A stretch of DNA of 13,240 bases from an uncultured cyanobacterium (GTDB taxonomy: Bacteria; Cyanobacteriota; Cyanobacteriia; Leptolyngbyales; Leptolyngbyaceae). Below the pieces are notes generated by a model. That model saw nothing but the letters and a program-made list of their open reading frames with translations. It had not been told where the DNA came from and ran no database searches. Positions within the stretch are counted from its first letter, which is position 1. Every line of letters begins with the position of its first letter. The DNA lies in assembly GCA_963766075.1 (NCBI GenBank), contig CAVYAN010000104.1, positions 1-13,240 of the forward strand, given 5' to 3'. The translations under genes and the position numbers were made by a program. Positions 1 through 7,414 of this stretch are shown in pieces.

Positions 1-218
1 ACCGAGGCGATAAATTTGCCGACTACAAATCCATTCCCGAATTGATCGAATACGTTCTTATTCATCAAACCCAAACCCTAGTCGAACGGTTTCAGCGTCA
101 ATCCGATCATCTGTGGATGCCCCAAATTTATCGAGCCGGAGATACCCTAGAATTTGCCAGTATTCACTTTTCCTGTGCGATTGAAACCTTGTACGAAAAC
201 ATTGCCCAGCTTTTATAG
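1..218 (+). CDS. Uma2/DUF820 family (PD-(D/E)xK-like) protein, 3' part only
   Basis: Not in the ORF track. Manual translation of frame 3 gives RGDKFADYKSIPELIEYVLIHQTQTLVERFQRQSDHLW...IETLYENIAQLL* with TAG at 216-218. The DRGDKF.dY..ip.L.EYVLI pattern is typical of cyanobacterial Uma2 C-termini. Confidence 0.85.
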   Translation, partial: RGDKFADYKSIPELIEYVLIHQTQTLVERFQRQSDHLWMPQIYRAGDTLEFASIHFSCAIETLYENIAQLL

Positions 219-316
219 GCATCTCAGCCTTCTCGCTGCGATCGCTTCGCACCAAGAGTCCGCGCCAATGAACTCGCCAAAGCCGCCCAAAAACCGTAAA
301 CTTAAGAGCACCACCC

Positions 317-382
317 ATGGAAATCACCCAGGACGGCAGCGTGACGATCCCCCCACATATCCAGGAACAACTCTGGTTCTAA
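317..382 (+). pseudogene. Truncated AbrB/MazE/SpoVT-family DNA-binding (antitoxin-like) gene
   Basis: ATG at 317 reads MEITQDGSVTIPPHIQEQL-WF*, resembling the AbrB-type start MxITxKGQVTIPxxIRExLG. Similarity stops at ~373 where transposase-derived DNA begins. A TAAACT -10-like hexamer is at 297-302. Confidence 0.65.
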
Positions 383-585
383 TTTAGTTTGTGTTTGACA
401 GCTTTTCCGGAGCCCCGTCCATTTCAGGAGGCCGCAATCAGGAGATTGCGTAACCAGCAGACGTGATAGCGAAAGCCATTGAGATCCTCAAAGGGAGATA
501 ACGAATGGGTGGTTTTGCTTGGACTTACGCCCATAGGGATGGAAATTCCATAGCATAGCCATCGCTCGCAGGGCTTGTCGGGCAA
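372..585 (-). mobile_element. Decayed 3' end of a putative transposase/IS element (family uncertain)
   Basis: From 583 the minus strand reads ARQALRAMAMLWNFHPYGRKSKQ; after a frameshift near 500-515 it reads SPFEDLNGFRYHVCWLRNLLIAAS*NGR...HKLN* (premature TGA 426-424, TAG 381-379). Resembles the recalled WNFHPY...SPFxxLNGFxYHxxWLxNLL C-terminus of a multicopy putative transposase family. Confidence 0.6.
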
Positions 586-587
586 CC

Positions 588-838
588 GGTTTCATCCATC
601 GGTGCACCCGCCGTATGGCGCTCTAATACCTGCAAAAATGCCTCGTTTAATTGAGCAATGGTTTCAAAAGCTGATTTCCGTCCACCTCCAGGCTGACGGA
701 TGCGCTCCTGTTCGAGGGCTCTCGCGTGTTCCAGTTCTGTCAGTCTCAGAGCCAAGGTTTCGTGATGGCAGCCGAACAGTCCCCGGATGTATGCCTGCCC
801 TCCATACCCTAATTTCACCGCTTCAATCGCCCCATAAC
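588..838 (-). mobile_element. ISAzo13-family transposase fragment (N-terminal region, truncated on both sides)
   Basis: YGAIEAVKLGYGGQAYI...RIRQPGGGRKS...HTAGAPMDET matches ISAzo13 N-terminal motifs (YAAxEAxxLGxGG, IRxxGGGRK, TAGxPM). No DDE core follows. Confidence 0.8.
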
Positions 839-884
839 TTGGCAATCATTGTCCCGTCATCTTGATTGCACCGAGACAAGAGGA

Positions 885-912
885 CGGGGCCATACAATCG
901 GGGCCATACAAT
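885..912. repeat. Perfect 14-bp tandem duplication (CGGGGCCATACAAT x2)
   Basis: Read directly at 885-898 and 899-912. Confidence 0.9.
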
Positions 913-1123
913 ATTCACTGGATCGACACCCACTGCAGTGACACGGCAGCCTCTCCGACTCTCCCCTAACAGCGTACAATTTGGAGGCTGCAAGTCGGTT
1001 TCTGGACAGAGCAAGTCCTCTGCTCGATGGCCCAGGCGGGCAGTAAACGCCTACGCCTGAACCGTCACGGGCCTAGCCCAAGCGGTTCGTCTGCTCCCGT
1101 TTGTCCCATCAAACAGCCGTCCC

Positions 1124-2875
1124 ATGCTGCATGCCTTATCTCAGTTTGGGCACTTCGATCTTGCCCGTTCCTCCACTGCCACAGCGGACGATGTCCCAGC
1201 TTATTGGTATGAGGGCATTTGCCCCTATACGCGTCAGCGATTACGGTTACCCAGAACCCGCCTTGCAGAAGCGATCGCCCAGGGATTAATCCACCAGTTG
1301 CGCCACAATCATCCCCCGCTCAGCGAAGGCAAAATGTACGGGATTCTCCTCGTCGAAACCCCCGATCGGGAACTGCGGGTGTTGAAGGCTTTTTCTGGGG
1401 CGTCTTCTGGATTATTGGAGGGATTATGGGCAGATAACCCCGCGCTGTCAGGATGGGTGCCGCCGATCCCAGGCCGCGATCGCGTGGCCTTTGCCGAGGC
1501 CCAAACCCTGGCAGAATTAGACACCATCCGGCAAGCCTTGCTCGACCTCCAGTCAGACCCTCTTCGACAGGCGTATCACGACCTGTGGTGCACGCTAGAG
1601 GCCGAGCGGCAGGCATTAGCCGTTATCCATGCCCAGCGCCAACATCAGCGACAGCAGCAGCGGCAGCTTTATCAGGAAACCTTGACAGACATCGATCGAG
1701 AAACGGCCTTAGCCCAACTCAATCAGGCCAGCCAGCAAGATGGCATCGAACGCAAATGCCAAAAGCGCGATCGCGATCGTCAATTACAGCCCTTCAAAGA
1801 TCAGATCGACCAAGCCGATCACCGCATTCAAAGCCTAAAACAGCGCCGGAAACGCCTTTCCCAAAGCCTGCAAGCCCAAATGCACACCACCTACTCCCTG
1901 ACCAATTTTGCCGGGGAGTCGCGGTCCTTGCGGGAGGTGATCGGCGGCAGCATGCCAACGGGCAGTGGAGAGTGCTGCGCGCCAAAATTGCTGCACTATG
2001 CGGCGACTCACCAGCTTAAACCCGTGGCCATGGCAGAATTTTGGTGGGGGCCACCCCCGCCCAAAGGCGATCGAGTCCCCGGTGCATTCTATGAAGCCTG
2101 TGCGGAACGCTGTCAGCCCTTGATGGGTTTTTTATTGTCAGGAATCTCGGGGGCCAGTACGGGAATCACCCCGGGGAATGACGCGGAGAATGATCCGTCG
2201 CGCGATCGCCCCACTGGGAATTGGCCCGCAGAAAATCGAGGGACTGATGTTGCCATTCTCTACGTGGATGCGTGGATCATTGCCGTGAATAAACCGCCCG
2301 GATTGCTGTCGGTGCCGGGGCGCACCCGCGATCGCCAAGACAGCGTCCTCACCCGCATCCGACAGCAATTTCCCGATGACAAGGCGATCGTGCCTGTCCA
2401 TCGCCTCGATCAAGATACTTCGGGTATTCTGCTCCTCGCGCGGGATGCCCAGTCCCATCGCCACCTCAGCCAACAATTTCAGCAGCGGCAGGTCCACAAG
2501 GTTTATGAAGCGGTGCTGGCTGGCCAGGATGTTGCGGACCAAGGAATGATCGATCTACCGCTGTGGGGAGATCCGCAAAATCGCCCCTATCAAACCGTTG
2601 ATTGGCAGCGGGGTAAGCCCAGCATGACTCAATTTCGCGCGATCGCCCATACCGCAGATGGCATTCGTCTAGAATTCATCCCCCTTACCGGACGCACGCA
2701 CCAATTGCGGGTCCACGCAGCGGATACCCAGGGTTTAGGCGTGCCGATTCTGGGCGATCGTCTCTACGGCCATCCATCTTCTGCCGCACGACTCCATCTC
2801 CATGCCAAACACCTGCGCCTGCACCATCCCCACGCCAACCAACCCTTGCACTTGGATGCGGCCACGCCCTTTTAA
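1124..2875 (+). CDS. RluA-family pseudouridine synthase with N-terminal deaminase-like and long helical domains (TrcP-like)
   Basis: C-terminal ~205 aa carry RluA motifs VNKPPGL, HRLDQDTSG (catalytic D429), TGRTHQLRVH, PILGDRLYG and LHLHA. The N-terminus has GKMYGIL, KAFSG, WVPP, a Q/R/E-rich helical stretch (~aa 120-255), GECCAPKLL, AEFWWG and ACAERC. Confidence 0.92.
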   Translation: MLHALSQFGHFDLARSSTATADDVPAYWYEGICPYTRQRLRLPRTRLAEAIAQGLIHQLRHNHPPLSEGKMYGILLVETPDRELRVLKAFSGASSGLLEGLWADNPALSGWVPPIPGRDRVAFAEAQTLAELDTIRQALLDLQSDPLRQAYHDLWCTLEAERQALAVIHAQRQHQRQQQRQLYQETLTDIDRETALAQLNQASQQDGIERKCQKRDRDRQLQPFKDQIDQADHRIQSLKQRRKRLSQSLQAQMHTTYSLTNFAGESRSLREVIGGSMPTGSGECCAPKLLHYAATHQLKPVAMAEFWWGPPPPKGDRVPGAFYEACAERCQPLMGFLLSGISGASTGITPGNDAENDPSRDRPTGNWPAENRGTDVAILYVDAWIIAVNKPPGLLSVPGRTRDRQDSVLTRIRQQFPDDKAIVPVHRLDQDTSGILLLARDAQSHRHLSQQFQQRQVHKVYEAVLAGQDVADQGMIDLPLWGDPQNRPYQTVDWQRGKPSMTQFRAIAHTADGIRLEFIPLTGRTHQLRVHAADTQGLGVPILGDRLYGHPSSAARLHLHAKHLRLHHPHANQPLHLDAATPF

Positions 2876-3012
2876 CGGGGCGCGATACGACTCCCCCAGG
2901 AGCATCCGATTTAGAGATCTAGCGGCGGACTCGATCTGACTATTTTCTGGCTATGTGAAGCGTAATCAGAATTTCTTTGAGGGATCTGCATCCATTCTGC
3001 TCACCGTCTGGA

Positions 3013-3900
3013 TCAAGGTTTGACGGAACCGGAAGGCTGTAGATCATCCTCACTCTTGCTCAGAGCATCCGTGAGGCTACCCTCCTCTAACGTGGAAACC
3101 CCAGTTGCAGCACTTCCATTTGCAGTGATTAACGTCCGATCCAGCAGCGCACCAGCCTCGGACCCAGTGCCGTCAGACACACTATCCAGCACTGGGTCTA
3201 GCACCGAGTCCAGCGCTGGCTGTTCGGATTCATCATCCTGTCGCTTCGAGAAGCCCCATGCGAAAATTAGGGCAATCATCACCACCATCAGCCATTCCGG
3301 CGGCACCAGAGCGGGATAGATCACTTTAATCAGCAGTTTCAAGCCCACCAAGGCCACAGTGACATAGCCCGCATCTTCCAGGCGGGCAAACTCTTCCAGC
3401 CAGCGCATAAACAGCCCTGCCATAAACCGCAGCGCAATAATCCCGAGCGTCGCCCCCACCAGGATTAACCAAGTTTCTTGGGATACGGCGATCGCGGTCG
3501 TCACACTGTCCAGAGAAAACGCCAAATCCGTAATGCCAATGATCGGAATGGCCTGCCAGAGCGAGGTAAATCGAGGCCCATGATGGTGATGATCCGCATC
3601 TTCCAGGGACGTAAAGTACTGCCACACCAGCCACAGCAGATACAGTGCACCCGCCAGTTCCACCTGCCAGTAATGCACTACCCAGGTGGCCGTTAAGATC
3701 AGAGTCATTCGCAGAATGTAGGCCAACAACAGCCCGATATTCAGGGCCCGCTGTTGCAGCTTTTGATCCTCCAAGCCTTGGGTAATGGCCGCCAGGGCGA
3801 TCGCATTATCCGCCGACAGCACCGCCTCCAACGCCACCAGCACCGGCAGCAACAGCAGCGTCTGCACCCCAAAATCAGCATTCAGCAGGTTATCTAACAT
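3013..3900 (-). CDS. TerC family integral membrane protein (YkoY-like)
   Basis: LEAVLSADNAIALA and DLAFSLDSV motifs, several hydrophobic helices, a HHHH loop and an acidic C-terminal tail. AAGGA precedes the ATG. Confidence 0.92.
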   Translation of the reverse strand: MLDNLLNADFGVQTLLLLPVLVALEAVLSADNAIALAAITQGLEDQKLQQRALNIGLLLAYILRMTLILTATWVVHYWQVELAGALYLLWLVWQYFTSLEDADHHHHGPRFTSLWQAIPIIGITDLAFSLDSVTTAIAVSQETWLILVGATLGIIALRFMAGLFMRWLEEFARLEDAGYVTVALVGLKLLIKVIYPALVPPEWLMVVMIALIFAWGFSKRQDDESEQPALDSVLDPVLDSVSDGTGSEAGALLDRTLITANGSAATGVSTLEEGSLTDALSKSEDDLQPSGSVKP

Positions 3901-4198
3901 TAATCCTTCAGTAGGTTAACCAAATTCCAACAACATCCAACGCCAACGACTCTGGCAGATTCCCAGGCAGTCTTCCAAACCAATTAAATCTGTTATCCAC
4001 ACTACCAGCCTGCCATATCTCCGGAAAATTTTGCCAAGCAGTTCTGAAATGCTCAGCCGTTCTCCAGGAGGTGCAAACCGGGAGTAGCGTTAAAAAGGGC
4101 ATTCTCTCGATCTTTTCAGATGTATGACTTCATCATCTCCGTTGTAAAACTTTATGCTAAGTTTTATGAGGTTGCCCACAATTCTATCCAAATTGACT

Positions 4199-4675
4199 AT
4201 GAGTCTTTCTATCCCCGAACCCGTTAAAGTCTACAGCCAGTTTTTCCATCCTGCTTTAATGTGGGTGTTGTTTGGCCTGACCCTCTACGCTTTCTACACG
4301 GGCATGAAAGTCCGCAAAACCCGCTCTGCCACGGGAGATGAAAAAAAAGCCCTAATCAAAGAAAAATTTAATACGAAACACTACCAATTGGGGTCGCTGA
4401 TTCTGGCACTGATGGTACTGGGGTCCATTGGGGCAATGGGAGCCACCTACATTAATTCTGGCAAGCTATTCGTCAATCCTCACCTGCTGGCAGGCTTGAG
4501 CATGACCGGGATGATTGCCGTTTCCGCCTCGCTCTCCCCTTATATGCAAAAAGGCGCAGACTGGGCGCGCTACCTGCATATTGGCTTAAACACCGCGATC
4601 GTTGGCCTATTTGGATGGCAAGCGGTGACTGGTGTGCAAATCGTGCAAAACATCCTGAAGCGGATGGCGGCCTAG
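4199..4675 (+). CDS. DUF4079-like cyanobacterial membrane protein
   Basis: HPALMW...KHYQLGS...PHLLAGL...ARYLHIGLN...WQAVTG: four hydrophobic helices with His residues, cytochrome b561-like. Start at ATG 4199 preferred over 4154. Confidence 0.8.
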   Translation: MSLSIPEPVKVYSQFFHPALMWVLFGLTLYAFYTGMKVRKTRSATGDEKKALIKEKFNTKHYQLGSLILALMVLGSIGAMGATYINSGKLFVNPHLLAGLSMTGMIAVSASLSPYMQKGADWARYLHIGLNTAIVGLFGWQAVTGVQIVQNILKRMAA

Positions 4676-4735
4676 GGGGCATGGTGGGAGGTGACGCGGT
4701 AAAATTGAGAAATTCGCTTGCTGCTGTCTTGACCT

Positions 4736-5797
4736 ATGCTTTCGCTGTCGCCCCAATTACACGCCCGTCTTGCCTCGCCTCTAAAAATTGGGCACGTTGA
4801 GGTCAACAGCCGCGTGCTCCAGTCGCCTTTATCCGGCGTCACGGATCTGGTCTTTCGGCGACTGGTGCGTCGCTATGCGCCAGATTCGATGATGTACACC
4901 GAAATGGTGAACGCGACGGGACTGCATTATGTCAAGCAGCTACCAAAGCTGATGGAAGTGGATGCCAACGAGCGCCCGATCAGCATTCAGCTCTTCGACT
5001 GTCGCCCAGATTTTTTAGCGGAGGCCGCGCAGATGGCCGTGGCAGAGGGGGCCGATACGGTGGACATCAACATGGGGTGTCCCGTAAACAAAATTACTAA
5101 AAATGGGGGTGGTTCCTCGCTGCTGCGCCAGCCCGAGGTGGCAGAAGCCATTGTCCGAGCAGTCGTGAATGCGGTCAGCGTGCCAGTGACGGTGAAAACG
5201 CGCATCGGCTGGACTGACAAAGAAATCACCATTCTGGATTTTGCTAAACGGATGGAAGCGGCAGGAGCTCAGATGATTACGGTGCATGGCCGGACGCGAT
5301 CGCAGGGCTACACCGGCCCCGCCAAATGGGAATGGATTGCCAAGGTCAAGGAAATTCTGACGATTCCCGTGATTGCCAATGGCGATATTTTCTCCGTTGA
5401 GGCTGCGGTCAAATGCTTAGAATTTACCGGTGCGGATGGCGTTATGGCCTCGCGGGGCACCCTGGGTTATCCGTTTTTAGTGGGCGAAATTGATTATTTC
5501 CTGAAAACGGGCCAGGAGCGGCCCCAGCCGACTCCGATTCAGCGGTTGGAATGTGCCCGCGAGCATCTGGAAATGCTCTGGGAGTATAAAGGCGATCGCG
5601 GGGTCCGCCAAGCCCGCAAGCACATGACCTGGTACTCCAAGGGGTTTATGGGAGCAGCCGACCTGCGGGGCAAACTAAGCACGATGGAAACGGCTGATCA
5701 GGGCACGGCTTTGTTGAATGGGGCGATCGCCCAATTGCAGGCATGGGGCGACCAAGCTGCAATGGTGGATGAACCCGAGCCCGTGGCAATGGTTTGA
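4736..5797 (+). CDS. dusB: tRNA dihydrouridine synthase DusB
   Basis: SPLSGVTD, YTEMV, DINMGCP (catalytic Cys), VTVKTRIG, HGRT, ANGDI and RKHMTWY motifs. Confidence 0.95.
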   Translation: MLSLSPQLHARLASPLKIGHVEVNSRVLQSPLSGVTDLVFRRLVRRYAPDSMMYTEMVNATGLHYVKQLPKLMEVDANERPISIQLFDCRPDFLAEAAQMAVAEGADTVDINMGCPVNKITKNGGGSSLLRQPEVAEAIVRAVVNAVSVPVTVKTRIGWTDKEITILDFAKRMEAAGAQMITVHGRTRSQGYTGPAKWEWIAKVKEILTIPVIANGDIFSVEAAVKCLEFTGADGVMASRGTLGYPFLVGEIDYFLKTGQERPQPTPIQRLECAREHLEMLWEYKGDRGVRQARKHMTWYSKGFMGAADLRGKLSTMETADQGTALLNGAIAQLQAWGDQAAMVDEPEPVAMV

Positions 5798-5883
5798 AGC
5801 ACACGATATGCACCCGCCCCAGCAGGCTCTCTATCCCAGCCATCCGTTAACCAAGGCTGTAAGCAATTGCTTGAGTAATTGCC

Positions 5884-7295
5884 CTAATAAGCGCCCTGAC
5901 GCAGGAGCACAATCTTCGCGGTTTCTAGCAGAATTTCCAGGTCCAGATTCAGCGACCAATTATCGATGTAGTACAAATCCAGGCGGGCTGCATCGTTAAA
6001 CGCGGCAATCTGCGATCGCCCGGACACCTGCCACAGTCCGGTAATTCCGGGTAAAACCTGGTGACGTGCATGATGCCAGGGATCAAACCGTTCGACATCC
6101 CGTCGGGTCAGCGGACGCGGACCCACCAAACTCATCTGTCCCAGCAGCACATTGATCAACTGTGGCAATTCATCCAGGCTCGTCCGCCGCAAAAAGCGCC
6201 CTACCGGGGTAACCCGTGGGTCATCTTTCATTTTAAACAGCACCCCATCGGCTTCATTCTGCTCCTCCAGCAAGGCTTGCTCGGCGGCAGCTCCCACCAC
6301 CATGGTGCGAAACTTCCACATCCGAAACATCTGGCCATGCAGCCCCACCCGGTCCTGGCGAAAGAACACCGGGCCTGGGGAAGAAAGTTTAACGGCGATC
6401 GCCACTCCCAAAAATAGAGGCGATAGGGCAACGAGGCCCGCGATCGCGCCCACAAAGTCCAGACCCCGCTTACAGCGATAATCCCAGCCACTCAGCAAGG
6501 GGGCTTCTAGCCGCAATGTCGGCAACCCGGCAATCACTTCCGGCTGGCCCCGGCGATGCAGCATGTCCAAACTAGAAGGCACCAGGCGCAGCGTCACCCC
6601 CCACGCCGCAGTTGCCAATACAAGCTTGATGCCAGTTCGGTCTGGGGCAATCCCTCGGCAAGGACCTCCTGGGCACCGGACAAAAAAATGGCTTGCAGGG
6701 TGGCCGGATGGGTAGCCGCTGAGGCTAAAGTTGCCCCAACAATCCGATAATGGCTGCGGCGTTTGAGGGCCTGGGACAGACGACTCAAGTCGGGCGCAGG
6801 CGCAATTAAGTAAATCGAGGCCACTGGAGCCGCAGGACACAACCACCCCGCAGTAACCAATCGACCCGTGATCACCAAGCCCACGCTGCCCAACCAGGCC
6901 GTGAGAAAGAGCGATCGCGGCAGGTCCAGTTCTGGATCATAAAAATAGCTCATGACGAGGTACAGCAAATGGACACCGCTGACGATCTGTCCCGCTCGGA
7001 CATGATTTCGTCCAGAGTACAACGTGCTGTACAACCCATTCCCCGCAAACAGAAGCAGCGTCACTGCGGCAAAAATCCAAAACATGCTGGGCAAGCCAAA
7101 CCAAGTCCACCAAAGGAGTTGGGGAGGCAGAGGCAGATAAAACTGATTCAGGTGGGCCGCCACGGACCACGCGATCGCCAGAGCGGTTAAATCCGTCCCT
7201 ACCCGTAGTGCCAACCGCTGACATTGCCAAGTCAACATCTGGGATAGCTCAAGGCGACGCGGGGCACGAATATCGGTCGGTAGATTGGGGTACAT
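5884..7295 (-). pseudogene. WcaJ/CpsE-like undecaprenyl-phosphate sugar-1-phosphate transferase, frameshifted at ~6597-6603
   Basis: The membrane N-terminal half is ORF 6594..7295 (ends YWQLRRGG*). The catalytic half (KRGLD, FRQDRVG, KFRTM, DPRVT, LDELPQLINVL, SLVGPRP, PGITGLWQVSGR, DLYYI) is in ORF 5884..6846. Adding one base at the junction gives a single 470-aa frame. Could be an assembly error. Confidence 0.88.
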
Positions 7296-7414
7296 GGGGA
7301 ACGGGGGCGTTAGATTTTGAATAGCGCCGTGAGGCTAGAGGATTTTTGGGACGGTGTGAAGATGGTATAGCACTGCGGGCTGGGGCGCTAGACCATTTTT
7401 AAGTTTTCCGTGAT

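Noticed and set aside
525..845. 106-aa ORF as an intact gene
   Set aside because: Chimera of an ISAzo13-like fragment and out-of-frame sequence from a second element; no catalytic domain.
1030..1110. Minus-strand CGCCTGGGC resembling the 3' end of a ZTP riboswitch
   Set aside because: The conserved 5' GACTGGCG segment is missing and no suitable downstream gene exists on that strand.
3993..4001. Perfect DnaA box TTATCCACA in the TerC upstream region
   Set aside because: Single copy with no box cluster or unwinding element; compatible with chance and not evidence for oriC.
4080..4140. GGGAGTAGC resembling the 5' end of a yybP-ykoY Mn riboswitch near the TerC gene
   Set aside because: It is on the strand opposite to TerC and the downstream conserved elements (e.g. 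GAGACC) are absent.
6603..6846. N-terminal ~80 aa of ORF 5884..6846 as a real protein start
   Set aside because: It is the out-of-frame reading of the same sugar transferase gene upstream of the frameshift.
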